Source of the DNA: an uncultured Brevinematales bacterium
Lineage (GTDB): Bacteria > Spirochaetota > Brevinematia > Brevinematales > CAYRWR01
Assembly (NCBI GenBank): GCA_964428015.1
Contig: CAYRWR010000014.1
Location: 8,306 to 72,305 of the forward strand
Direction of reading: 5' to 3'
DNA: 64,000 nt
Shown here: piece after piece, positions 39,973 through 50,059 of the stretch
Layout: every line of letters starts with the position of its first letter
Position numbering within the stretch: the first letter of the stretch is position 1
The notes under the pieces: model-generated
What the model was told of the DNA's origin: nothing
Database searches by the model: none
Seen by the model: only the letters and a program-made list of their open reading frames with translations
Translations under genes and position numbers: made by a program

Positions 39973-40398
39973 TCAGCGCGAAGGCCTGTCATTCCTGATC
40001 TCGAGCCAACCTTCGGGATGTCCCAGGGGTTTAAAGCCCAGCTTCTGGTAGACTCCATGTGCATCTTGAGTGATCAGTACCCATTGATAGACATCCCGCA
40101 ATGAAGTGTGATCAAGTATCTCCCTGACCAGAGCCTGACCTATCCCCTGCCGCCGGTAGTCTTCTACTACATAGACATCCATGATATAACCAAAGCGGGT
40201 CTTGTCGGATATAGTGCGTGCAAAGCCGATCTGCAGCCCGGCATCAGTAAAGGCCCCAACTACTAGAGCAGAATTCAAAGCACCTTTTCTGACTTCATCC
40301 AGACCAATCCCGGGAACCCAGTAGGAGCAAGACAGCATCTCTGTGACTCTCTCAAAGTCCATGTTTTCTATTCCGGTTTTGTAGGTGATTTCAGGCAT
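39973..40398 (-). CDS. GNAT-family N-acetyltransferase
   Basis: VYVVEDYRRQGIGQALVREI...GVYQKLGF. I chose the start at MPEITYK (ATG at 40396-40398, AAGGAG upstream). Confidence 0.75.
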   Translation of the reverse strand: MPEITYKTGIENMDFERVTEMLSCSYWVPGIGLDEVRKGALNSALVVGAFTDAGLQIGFARTISDKTRFGYIMDVYVVEDYRRQGIGQALVREILDHTSLRDVYQWVLITQDAHGVYQKLGFKPLGHPEGWLEIRNDRPSR

Positions 40399-40642
40399 AA
40401 TCCGCTCCTTTTGGGGATAATATAGAGTATTCCCGCCCGCTCCGGCAGAAAGACACAATCCCAGGCCCTAGAATTATACCCTCAGGGAACATAATATTCC
40501 ATTTTTTACTGAAAACCATACCCTGGATATACTACACTCAAATCACACAGTTTTGGAGACCTTTTAAAAATTGACGCCTCATAAAATTGTCCTTTTGCAT
40601 CAGTATGTTATGATATGCTGGAATGAAAGGATGGAGTGAAAT

Positions 40643-41353
40643 ATGAAAAAATTTATACTGATTTTTCTGCTGGGACTGTCACTGTACCGCTGCAGCACCA
40701 GCGATGCGGTTTTACTGGAGGATAATCTCAGCCTGCGGTATCAGGCTGCAGTCCTGGACGCTTCGGTAGCCGAACCGATAGAGATTTCACGAAATCTGAC
40801 TCCCATCAACAACTATAATCAGGATCTCAACCGGGATGAAAAGGGGCGTGTACTCGTCCTCACCTGGACCTCCTGGAGTGGATATGATACTCTGGTAGGT
40901 CAGGAAACGACTACGGGAGTGGATGTGTGGGTGACTGTAGTGCCCCATCTCAGGGATTTCTACCACCGGCTCAGTTACTCAAGGGACAAAAAAGTACTCC
41001 GTCTGGAACAGCTCCTGGGTCTGCCGCCCCATTCCGGAAAAGACCGCTTTGTGGAGATATGGGTGCACCCCGATAACCTGTTCCGACCCTCACCCGATCC
41101 GGGTATATCGGATAGTGAAGCAGAACTGGCCTTCCCCACCCTGCTGGGTCAGGAAGTGGTCTCACCCGAATACAAAGTCTGGTTTGAAAACCTGAAGGCT
41201 TCCTCTTATGGGGAAAAAGGCTACCCCTGGACCCGTCTGGGGTATACCTACGACTGGGGCAGCACCCGGACAGAAATCGGCCTCAGTGAATTCATCATCA
41301 AAAAAGGGTCAAAGGTCATCATACATTCCGTGACCAGGAATGAAGAATATTGA
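40643..41353 (+). CDS. Lipoprotein, unknown function
   Basis: MKKFILIFLLGLSLYRC signal/lipobox-like N-terminus. 236 aa. Confidence 0.55.
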   Translation: MKKFILIFLLGLSLYRCSTSDAVLLEDNLSLRYQAAVLDASVAEPIEISRNLTPINNYNQDLNRDEKGRVLVLTWTSWSGYDTLVGQETTTGVDVWVTVVPHLRDFYHRLSYSRDKKVLRLEQLLGLPPHSGKDRFVEIWVHPDNLFRPSPDPGISDSEAELAFPTLLGQEVVSPEYKVWFENLKASSYGEKGYPWTRLGYTYDWGSTRTEIGLSEFIIKKGSKVIIHSVTRNEEY

Positions 41354-41395
41354 CGCAAAAATCTGAGTAAAGTATGTCTTAGAGGGAATATAGGA

Positions 41396-42436
41396 ATGAA
41401 ATCAACCAGATTAATTTTGTTTTTGTTGTTTACCCTTAATCTTAATATCAGTTTTGGCGCAGACCCGGCCCATTTTCCGGATATGGAATTATATAAAAAA
41501 CCATACACAGTAAATTCAGGATGGATATGGATCACGTTATATCAGGACAAAAATGGCTTAGTGCGTGCAATAGAATGCAGCGGTGACTATCCTGAAGGCG
41601 CTCAATACTGCAGAGAATATTTTGATAGTGGCGGCAATGTAAACCGTATATTATGGGACCTGGGACAGTTGGATGAAGAATATTTCGGTTACGCGCTTTT
41701 TCAGGAAGGAAAAAGAGTAAAAACTTCCAGCAGGCTTTCTCAGCCTGATTATAGTGATGGGAAGTGTACCTATAAAATCAGAGAAAATGTTTTTAACAGG
41801 GAAGGTTTATTTTTGTCAGTAAATGAAGTTTGGCAATATATGAAAAAGTGTCATGAAATTAACGGTTATATATATCTGGATTGGATCGATAGCAGCGACT
41901 ACTCCGAAATAGAAGACGGGGATCAGGTGATGGTATGCCAGCCGGAAGTGGCTGTGCACCAAAAAGCTGATAATCAAAGCGCGATCATAGATACCCTCAG
42001 CATGTGGGATACTCAAATATTAAGTACTAGCAGCAATTATAATGGCGAGTATTTCCAGGTAAAGTATACAAAAAAAGGGAAGAAAAAATCCGGATGGATA
42101 TCGAATGAGTATCTGAAAAAAATTGATCCTGAAAGAATCTCCGCAGGCCGCTTTCAACCACCCTTACCCGGTTACTGGACCCGGATCAATGCACTGGATG
42201 TCTCTCTACGCGAAAGTCCAAGCACACAATCTCCCCGTTTAGCTCTCCTCAATATTGATAATCAACTGGAAGTGACTGCGGCAGGAAAAACGGAAACCAT
42301 CAGTCCCTGGGGCTCCTTTCCCTGGTATCAGGTCCGATATGTCAAAACATGGGATTCCGAGAATAATCCTGAGTATGTGACCGGCTGGGTTTTCGGGGCT
42401 TTTCTGGAGCCCATTTTTGTGGAAAACAAAAAATAA
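41396..42436 (+). CDS. Secreted protein with two C-terminal bacterial SH3-like segments
   Basis: A signal peptide. GWISNEYLKK and TGWVFGAFLE endings are typical of SH3b modules. Confidence 0.5.
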   Translation: MKSTRLILFLLFTLNLNISFGADPAHFPDMELYKKPYTVNSGWIWITLYQDKNGLVRAIECSGDYPEGAQYCREYFDSGGNVNRILWDLGQLDEEYFGYALFQEGKRVKTSSRLSQPDYSDGKCTYKIRENVFNREGLFLSVNEVWQYMKKCHEINGYIYLDWIDSSDYSEIEDGDQVMVCQPEVAVHQKADNQSAIIDTLSMWDTQILSTSSNYNGEYFQVKYTKKGKKKSGWISNEYLKKIDPERISAGRFQPPLPGYWTRINALDVSLRESPSTQSPRLALLNIDNQLEVTAAGKTETISPWGSFPWYQVRYVKTWDSENNPEYVTGWVFGAFLEPIFVENKK

Positions 42437-42673
42437 ATCAGATAACTTGAATAATGATATACCTTTGCTTTGCATCTTCTTAAAAAAACTTATCTCTTGT
42501 TTTTTAGAGTAAATTCCTTTTCCTGTTCTCCATATTACAACTGATTATAAGTATTTAAATTGATGCTAATCAAATACCACGACAAAATAGATGTCATAAT
42601 ATAAGCATTTAAGCACATTTCATAATGTGTTGACGGCGGCATCGTCCCAGCTCAATTCTGGACTGTCCTTTAA

Positions 42674-43363
42674 TTATAAATCCAGTATACCCTGAATACT
42701 GTTTACTTCATAATCAGCATAGGTCCTTAAATCGGGGATTCTTTCCGGCCACAAATCGTTTAAAAAATACGTGGTCAGTATCGTACCCATGCCCAGCTCT
42801 TTTGCGCCTTTTAACTCTTCATGCCTGCCGTCACCTATGTACAGACATTTTTTGGGATTAACATTAAGTTTTTCCAAAGCATGCATATAAATCCTTTTAT
42901 CGGGCTTGAGATATCCGACATCATAGGAAAATACCGCTAAATCAAAATATTGCTTTAAAGGTGAATCATCCCAGCCGATTTTGTCAGTTATTTCAGCATT
43001 ACTGATGAGGACTATGGTTTTAGACAGTCTTTTTAATCCTTTTAAAGTCTGGAGTATGACAGGATCAATATGGGTTAAGCATTCATACATGATATTAATT
43101 TTGGTTTTTGTGACTTTAGCGATTAATTCCGCGGAGTAATCCGGATTGATTTTTAAGGCAATATTCTCCACCAGTTTTCCGGGGTCTTGAATTAATCCTG
43201 AAGCACTCTCATAATAGCATTCATCATACATATGATCCCAGGTTTTTTCATCTATATTTAAAAGGGTATACTCATTATTGCCTTCGTGATCATAGACTTT
43301 GGGTACGGTCAGCGTACAGAACAGATCGAAAATTATTGTGCTGTATTTTTCCAGTAACTTCAT
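42674..43363 (-). CDS. HAD-superfamily hydrolase (subfamily IA-like)
   Basis: Motif I IIFDLFCTL (a DxYGT-like variant), motif III/IV ...YIGDGRHEELKGA. The ATG at 43361-43363 follows AGGAGG. Confidence 0.65.
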   Translation of the reverse strand: MKLLEKYSTIIFDLFCTLTVPKVYDHEGNNEYTLLNIDEKTWDHMYDECYYESASGLIQDPGKLVENIALKINPDYSAELIAKVTKTKINIMYECLTHIDPVILQTLKGLKRLSKTIVLISNAEITDKIGWDDSPLKQYFDLAVFSYDVGYLKPDKRIYMHALEKLNVNPKKCLYIGDGRHEELKGAKELGMGTILTTYFLNDLWPERIPDLRTYADYEVNSIQGILDL

Positions 43364-43451
43364 CTCAACCTCCTGTCGACACATTACATCCCCAATTAAA
43401 ACACCGGTACAGGGATTAACTATCCCTTTTCTTATACCCTTATATCAGAAG

Positions 43452-44210
43452 TCATCCTTCCTTTTCCAGATAGTTTTTGATGTCACTCTCAACCTCAGGG
43501 TGGACTTCAAAAAATAATGCTCTTATCATTCCGGCTTTTTGGTCTAATTCCGGAAATCGGTATACCGATGGAAGAGTCTCCATATATTTCTGTATAAAAT
43601 CTCTTTGCAATGCATTATAAGATTTTATATCATCATATTTCTGTCCCTCGCGGTAAATTTGAATTTTCAAGACACAGTCTCTGGCGGAATTTAATTCAAT
43701 CAGTGCCCCGATGATATCACCTCTGACTCGGGCTATTTTATATTTCCTCATGTGAGTTAAAAACACAAAACAGATGTTTTGATTTAGTATTTCTGCTGAT
43801 AAGCTATCCTGGTGATTTATGATCTTTTCTTCCAGAGTATTCCTCAAATGAGGATCTCTGCAAAATATTACTTCTGCCAGACTGGAATTGATGACAGTAT
43901 TTTCAATTTCTATCAATGACACATTAAATTCCAGGTCATTTTCCAGTATGGCATAAACCAATTTCCAGCCAAAATCCACCGTTCTCAAAAACTTACATCC
44001 TATATCTGAGAAAAACGCCAGAAGGTTTTTTATCGTATTTTCTATACTCTTCCGGCTCTCACAACTTATCATCATATCAATATCTGAATAAATATCGCGG
44101 TAACCGGTCACTCCGGAACCGATACGGGTAATCGTATGGATGGATTTTAGACTCTTTAAAAATGTAATCAGGGATTGATAATAATTTTGCCGCTCTTCCT
44201 GTGTGTACAT
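43452..44210 (-). CDS. Pol-beta-superfamily nucleotidyltransferase with a helical C-terminal domain
   Basis: RIGSGVTGYRDIYSDIDMMIS carries the GS...DxD NTase signature. 252 aa. Confidence 0.6.
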   Translation of the reverse strand: MYTQEERQNYYQSLITFLKSLKSIHTITRIGSGVTGYRDIYSDIDMMISCESRKSIENTIKNLLAFFSDIGCKFLRTVDFGWKLVYAILENDLEFNVSLIEIENTVINSSLAEVIFCRDPHLRNTLEEKIINHQDSLSAEILNQNICFVFLTHMRKYKIARVRGDIIGALIELNSARDCVLKIQIYREGQKYDDIKSYNALQRDFIQKYMETLPSVYRFPELDQKAGMIRALFFEVHPEVESDIKNYLEKEG

Positions 44211-44522
44211 TTTACTATTCCTCCCCCTACAGATTGGTTTGAATAATTTTTAGAATTCTTTTCATTTTGGTTATTTACCTTTTACTTCAAGAATGAGTGC
44301 CTTTAAACCTTTTGCTATTCTATGACTTACAGGATTGTATGACATAAGGGTGATAAAGTCAATGCAAATCCATCGAGGATGCTGAATCCCTAGAATTATT
44401 CTTTATTTTTGAAAAAAATTTAGCAAGATTTGAATAGAATTTTTCTACTTCACAATGTATAATAATTCTAATGAAAATAGTGAGAGACCTCAGACTATTG
44501 GAAAAAAACCGGAGTATAAAAA

Positions 44523-45167
44523 ATGAAAAATAATCTTCAATTCACGATGTTTTTCCTGGCAGGCCTGCTTTTGACCACAGCCTGCAGCGTTCCTATGGCA
44601 AATGTAGTCAAACCAGATCAAATGTCCTCACCCGATAAAGTGATAATTATAGGAAAACTGTCATTTAATCCTCCACTGAAACAAAAACTGAACCGTGTGA
44701 ATAATAAAAACTGGACCAACATCTCTTATATTTTTCTTAGTACTGACCCGGAAAAACCCTGCGACCATGGTATGAATGCTGATTTAACTATGAAGGTAAA
44801 TTGGGACGAGTATTTTGTGCTCGAAGTTCCCCGTAAACAATTTTATCTGCGCAAAACCATGCTTATGCTATCTGTTGAAGGCAGCTCTACTACATATCTG
44901 GACTTCAAGTGTGCCTTTCCTTTGCCTTTGGTTTCTGACACCGGGATGATTTATATAGGAGATCTGATTTATCAACTTAATAAGAAAAATGAACTGGGAG
45001 GCGTGGATACCGTTTTAGAAGTCCGGGACAATAGCGCCAAGCTTCCCCAGGAATTTACACATTTCGTAAAAAAGAATGACGGCACATATTTAACACCAAA
45101 AACTATATTATTGAAAGGCGGTAAAGTCGAGGCAGGAATGCAGACCATCACCGCTGTAGTCCAATGA
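44523..45167 (+). CDS. Lipoprotein, unknown function
   Basis: A signal peptide with LLLTTAC. Its stop overlaps the next start (ATGA). Confidence 0.55.
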   Translation: MKNNLQFTMFFLAGLLLTTACSVPMANVVKPDQMSSPDKVIIIGKLSFNPPLKQKLNRVNNKNWTNISYIFLSTDPEKPCDHGMNADLTMKVNWDEYFVLEVPRKQFYLRKTMLMLSVEGSSTTYLDFKCAFPLPLVSDTGMIYIGDLIYQLNKKNELGGVDTVLEVRDNSAKLPQEFTHFVKKNDGTYLTPKTILLKGGKVEAGMQTITAVVQ

Positions 45168-45784
45168 AGTACATTAAGTTAATGAGAGTTCTATTCCCTC
45201 TGGCTATAATAATGGTGCTGACAGCCGGCTGTGCCGGTTGGGCACCTGACACTCTGTTTTCTACTGTCATAAAGCCGGCCGGCCTGGCCAGAGAGATGAT
45301 CACAGTGGTGTCCGGAAACGGTACCTCCCAGGAAATCCTCCTCACTGACAGTCTTATTCAAGGACTGAAGACCGGAGGATATCAGGTTTTAGACAGAGAT
45401 CAAATCTCTAGACTCATTCCTATTTATCCTTGTTCGATAATTCAGAATGATTTTTCGGATGAAACTGCTCTGGATTCTCCCTGGTTGTCTGAGGAAAATC
45501 TACGCCGTATGGACACCGTCCGACAAAAATTGGGGGTCAACCTGATACTGTTGACCTGGGTTGCCGGGGTCCAGACATCCACATCACAAGGATTGACAAA
45601 ATGCAGCACTCTGGTAGCCACCCGCCTAATCTCTTATCCGGATAGACAGGTCGTGGCCTATACCTGCTATATGCATACAACTACTGGAAAATTGATTGAG
45701 AAGATCAGCGATACCCAAAGCAGGATGTGGCAGGAAGTCAGTACTGCTCTGGTAAATCAGATATTAGCAGAATTGAAGGATTGA
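45164..45784 (+). CDS. Lipoprotein, unknown function
   Basis: A signal peptide with MVLTAGC lipobox. Translationally coupled to the upstream gene. Confidence 0.55.
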   Translation: MKYIKLMRVLFPLAIIMVLTAGCAGWAPDTLFSTVIKPAGLAREMITVVSGNGTSQEILLTDSLIQGLKTGGYQVLDRDQISRLIPIYPCSIIQNDFSDETALDSPWLSEENLRRMDTVRQKLGVNLILLTWVAGVQTSTSQGLTKCSTLVATRLISYPDRQVVAYTCYMHTTTGKLIEKISDTQSRMWQEVSTALVNQILAELKD

Positions 45785-45940
45785 AGGATAAGCTGAGTCA
45801 AGTCGGCAATTTTATCGCAAAATTCAGTAAAAGTGACCTGCGCTTGACTCCAGCCAGAGGATAGCAAAAACTTTCCAAGCTTTATGGAAACTACAAACCT
45901 TTCACAAAAAATAAGATGCTTTATCTCACACTATTATCAT

Positions 45941-46185
45941 TGCAGACTTTGCGGATTACTTCTTTACCTGAAACCGCGGCCATGATAGTACCAAATCCCT
46001 TCACCCACTGTCCAGCCATAGAATCGCATCAGTCCGGAGAGAGAGTAGACCGGCATGCAAACCATCTCATTCTAGAAGTCTTTGGTCATGATAAAAATGA
46101 TAGTGCTTTTCCAGTTATGGGTATTCCGTAATGCGGTACAGGGTATAGATGCATCCATTGCTTCAACCTGGGATTTGATCCCTGG
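45941..46185 (-). pseudogene. Decayed fragment of a CrtI-like oxidoreductase 3' end (paralog of 48604-48850)
   Basis: The minus-strand translation PGIKSQVEAMDASIPCTALRNTHNWKSTIIFIMTKDF*...MAGQWVKGFGTIMAAVSGKEVIRKVC parallels the C-terminus of the 48548-50050 product. It carries an in-frame TAG and a frameshift. Confidence 0.8.
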
Positions 46186-46572
46186 TTATTCTTATTAACA
46201 GCTGAAATCAAGCTGTGTTTTCTTTTTGTTATAGCCTATTACTATTCACTGAGATAACCGATTGGTTTGGCCTGATATTTTTTATAGAAATTTTTATAAT
46301 TCTGAGATAAACTTTAAGTCTGAGTGGGCAATATCCTGACCGGTGTATTTTATTTTGATTTCAGAGTTCTGCTGTCAGACGAAAATGAAGTACATTGATA
46401 CTGGGGTTGTCCTGTCTTATTCCGTTCATTGCCCATTTATGATGGCTCAGAAAGAGCACGGCTAGAAGGATATTTGAGTTTAGTATGACAGAAGGCATAA
46501 ATTATTCATACCCCGATCAAAAAGGGTGCAAAGTTAATGAGATGTGCCTGGTTTTAAGGATGGATTAAATTC

Positions 46573-48471
46573 ATGAAAGAGTCTTTATGGAAAAAATTCC
46601 TGTTTGTACCAGTTGCTTTCACTCTTTTTATCCTCAACAATCCCTTTAACAGGGGCCACCAATCTTCAGATATTATTAAAATAAAAAATCTTAAGGTTTA
46701 CAGCGGAGAGATATCCCCGACTAATGCCGATATCAAAGCTCTCTCTGTTTCCCCTGAATCAGACTGGGCTGATATAAACAAAACTCAAAGAGTAATAGGA
46801 AAAGACCGGGAATGGTTATGGCTGAAGGCGAGTATACCTGACTTATCTCAACCTGATATATCCGCTATTTTTTCCACTTGTTCAGTAGTGCGAATATACG
46901 CGGATACTGAGCTTATTTATACTTTTGGAGAACCCGGGGCTGCTATAAATTTTACACGCTATTATCAGATTAAGCTGCCGCCCAAAAGCCAGGGTAAACA
47001 GCTGTATTTTCATATTTATGTAAAGGATTCAGGGACGCAGGGTATCACAGGTCTTATTTTCGGCCAGGATACCAGTCTGGTGAGAAATATATTTGTGAAA
47101 GATTCCCGTTTTTATTTTCTGGGATTTTTTTATTGGATCACTGGCATTGCCGCGGGGATCATTTTCCTTTTTAACAGAAAAATGAAAGAAATGCTGGGTA
47201 TACTCATAATCAGTCTCTCCATGAGTGTCACTCTTATCAACCTGCAGACACATGTGTTTTTCCTCTACCCCCACCCCTATTTCTGGATGCTGCTGACAAA
47301 CTTTGCTTTTTTGATACCGTTAGGTTTTAATATGTATTTCACCCAATCCTTTGGAAAGATCAAATATGTAATGATTTTGGACTTATTATTCATATTTTTA
47401 ACTGTTTTTATGCTGACTGCTTCCTTTTTCCCCTCGTTTTATCAGTCTATTTACGAAATAGTTTTAATTGTATATTTCATCTTTTTGCTGATCGATTGTG
47501 TTTACCTGGTGATTGCCAGCTGGAAGAGAAAGGAATTTAATCAATCCTATATCTTAAAACAGGGATTGTTGATATCTACTCTTTGCACTCTTTTTGATAT
47601 CATCATGATGCTGATTGGTTTTGCCGGCATCATTGACCTGGGAGATTACCGCTCTCTCAGTTCATTGGGTATTGTGTTTTTTATTCTGGCAATGGGGATC
47701 TCTGCCCTGCAGCGCATCAATTCTGAACAACAAAGACTGGCAGGTTATACCCAGGAGCTGGAAATCGCCAGAAAGATTCAAAATTCCATCTTACCCATCA
47801 GAAATCCTCAGATCAAAGGTATTTCGCTTTCCTCCCTGTACCTGCCTATGCGGGAAGTGGGCGGAGATATGTTTGAATTCAGAAAATTCAGTGAGGCCCG
47901 GACCGGCATACTGATAGCAGATGTTTCCGGACACGGTGTCCCGGCTGCTCTGATCGCTTCCATGGTCAACATCGTGTTTTCTGTAATAGGGAAAAAAGCC
48001 AGTGACCCTGCCCAGGTCCTGGATCAGTTAAACAATGCCATGTATGATAATATGGAAAACCAGTTTGTTACCGCGCAGTTTGCGACTATAGATACGGATC
48101 AGTCTCAGTTGCAGCTGGCCGGGGCAGGTCATCCTCCCGCTCTACTGTACCGTAGATCAGAACACAGCCTGCACGAACTCAAACCTACTGGAAGAATGAT
48201 AGGGCTTTTTCCGGATTCTGAGTATAAAAATTCAGAATGGGCACTTTCTGCCGGAGACCGGATTATACTCTATACGGATGGGATAACCGAATCAGAAAAT
48301 ATCCAGGGTGTCCAATTCGGCGATGGAGCATTTCAGGAAATGATACTGGACTATGCTGACAGGAGTACTGAGGATCTGGTACACGATCTACCCGAAAAGT
48401 TACGTCAATGGACAGGAAAAGCAGAGTTTGAAGACGACATCACACTGGTCATTCTGGAAATGGAAAAGTAA
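46573..48471 (+). CDS. 7TM-receptor-type sensor (periplasmic domain plus 7 TM) fused to a SpoIIE/PP2C phosphatase
   Basis: An N-terminal exported domain, about seven TM helices, then GGDMFEF...IADVSGHGVPAALIASM...YTDGITE. Confidence 0.8.
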   Translation: MKESLWKKFLFVPVAFTLFILNNPFNRGHQSSDIIKIKNLKVYSGEISPTNADIKALSVSPESDWADINKTQRVIGKDREWLWLKASIPDLSQPDISAIFSTCSVVRIYADTELIYTFGEPGAAINFTRYYQIKLPPKSQGKQLYFHIYVKDSGTQGITGLIFGQDTSLVRNIFVKDSRFYFLGFFYWITGIAAGIIFLFNRKMKEMLGILIISLSMSVTLINLQTHVFFLYPHPYFWMLLTNFAFLIPLGFNMYFTQSFGKIKYVMILDLLFIFLTVFMLTASFFPSFYQSIYEIVLIVYFIFLLIDCVYLVIASWKRKEFNQSYILKQGLLISTLCTLFDIIMMLIGFAGIIDLGDYRSLSSLGIVFFILAMGISALQRINSEQQRLAGYTQELEIARKIQNSILPIRNPQIKGISLSSLYLPMREVGGDMFEFRKFSEARTGILIADVSGHGVPAALIASMVNIVFSVIGKKASDPAQVLDQLNNAMYDNMENQFVTAQFATIDTDQSQLQLAGAGHPPALLYRRSEHSLHELKPTGRMIGLFPDSEYKNSEWALSAGDRIILYTDGITESENIQGVQFGDGAFQEMILDYADRSTEDLVHDLPEKLRQWTGKAEFEDDITLVILEMEK

Positions 48472-48547
48472 ATCTTTCCCGGTGTACAGTTCAGAAAAAG
48501 AGAAACCCGGTACACGGAAATATTGAGGTAGGAATAGCTTTACAGTC

Positions 48548-50050
48548 TTAGAACGCTTCAGCATTTTTTTTCACCAAAGTGTTAGCTCCTGAACCCTCGT
48601 CTTTGCAGACTTTGCGGATTACTTCTTTACCGGAAACCGCTGCCATGATAGTACCTAATCCCTTCACCCACTGTCCAGCCATATAAAAATGCTTCAGACC
48701 GGGGAGTGAATAGAGAGGTTTAAAAAACAACTCATCCGCGATATCTTTGGTCATGATGAAACTGATAGCGCTTTTCCAGTTATGGGTATAACGGAATGTG
48801 GTACAGGGTGTAGCGACGTCCTTCACTTCCACCTGGGATTTGATTCCTGGGAAAAGTTTTTCCAGCTGATCAATGGTGATTTCTGCTATCCTGGCCTTCT
48901 CTGATTTGTAGGCTTCACTGCCGTAACCCAGCTTTTCCCACCACTCCAGTGTGGATGGATACAGTACGACCAGTGAGGTCTTTCCCGACGGCGCCATAGA
49001 GGAATCAAAGGCAAAGTGCTGTATCCATATCGAATCTCTGGATTTTCCGGCGATCTCGAATTTTTCAGCTGTCTGGAAATTGACAGAGTGATCTATACCT
49101 GACATATCCCGGTTAATGCCCAGAGATACCTGTATCAAAGGATGAAACAGAGGCTGATTTTTATAACGTTCCTGAAGAATCTGCGGTGTAAAACGATCAC
49201 CCAGGAGTCCGGTCAGTACTGAGTGCTGATCTGCCGCGGAGATGACAATATCAGCCATTATAATAGTACCGTCATCCAGCTCTATTCCCCTGGCCTGATT
49301 ATTTTCAGTCAGAATACGTTTAACGGTTTTCCTGTAATGGATGCGCCCCTGCAGGTCCAGAAATTTCTTTTCAATCTTTCGTACCAGGTTTAACGAACTG
49401 CCCAGCGGAAAACCGGAACCTTTGATATGAAAGGCTGCAAAAAATAAAAATAGGGAGGTGCTGGGGAAATCCGAGTAAATGAAAAAGTTTTCCAAAGCTT
49501 TTCTGATAAGCGGATCTTGGAATTTTTTCACATATTCTTTGATGGTGATCTTCCCATATTTTATCAAACGGGGGATAGCCAGGATGATTCCCAGCAGATT
49601 GGACAGCATTCTGAGAGGATTAAATCCGGGATTCCTCACCATACTGCAGTATAATCCTATAGTTCTGCACATGGTCCTTATCTCTTTTTCATCAGCAGGG
49701 GATAACCGGATCATTTCCGTGCGCAGTTTACGGACATCAGAATAGAGTTTCAACACTCTTCCGGTTGAGTCCTGAAACTGGTGTATGACTTCGTGATCTT
49801 TAATTTGTGTCTCTGGAAATACTCCCAGTTCTTTCCAGGTTTTATAGTACATGTGCCGGCGGGAAGAACCAGCCAGCCCGATAAAGTGAAGACAACCTTC
49901 GAAAGTATATCCTTTTCTTTTCCAGGAGGTACACATACCTCCCGGTAGAAAGTGTGATTCATATATATCCACTTCAAATCCTTTCTTTCGGGCAAAGATA
50001 CCTGCTGAGAGGCCTGCGATACCCGCCCCTATGATTACTATCTTTTTCAT
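48548..50050 (-). CDS. FAD/NAD(P)-dependent oxidoreductase, phytoene-desaturase (CrtI-like) family
   Basis: KIVIIGAGIAGLSAG dinucleotide fold, ...GGMCTSWKRKGYTFEGC. 500 aa. Confidence 0.75.
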   Translation of the reverse strand: MKKIVIIGAGIAGLSAGIFARKKGFEVDIYESHFLPGGMCTSWKRKGYTFEGCLHFIGLAGSSRRHMYYKTWKELGVFPETQIKDHEVIHQFQDSTGRVLKLYSDVRKLRTEMIRLSPADEKEIRTMCRTIGLYCSMVRNPGFNPLRMLSNLLGIILAIPRLIKYGKITIKEYVKKFQDPLIRKALENFFIYSDFPSTSLFLFFAAFHIKGSGFPLGSSLNLVRKIEKKFLDLQGRIHYRKTVKRILTENNQARGIELDDGTIIMADIVISAADQHSVLTGLLGDRFTPQILQERYKNQPLFHPLIQVSLGINRDMSGIDHSVNFQTAEKFEIAGKSRDSIWIQHFAFDSSMAPSGKTSLVVLYPSTLEWWEKLGYGSEAYKSEKARIAEITIDQLEKLFPGIKSQVEVKDVATPCTTFRYTHNWKSAISFIMTKDIADELFFKPLYSLPGLKHFYMAGQWVKGLGTIMAAVSGKEVIRKVCKDEGSGANTLVKKNAEAF

Positions 50051-50059
50051 ATCCCCCTC

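Noticed and set aside
45916-46131. A 71-aa plus-strand ORF in the spacer before the second SpoIIE gene.
   Set aside because: It is the antisense frame of the decayed oxidoreductase fragment. The homology to 48604-48850 is on the minus strand and is interrupted by a stop and a frameshift.
46386-46397. A 12-nt identity (ATGAAGTACATT) with the start of the lipoprotein gene at 45164, hinting at another gene remnant.
   Set aside because: The similarity does not extend beyond the 12-mer and the downstream frame terminates after about 26 codons. It is treated as chance.
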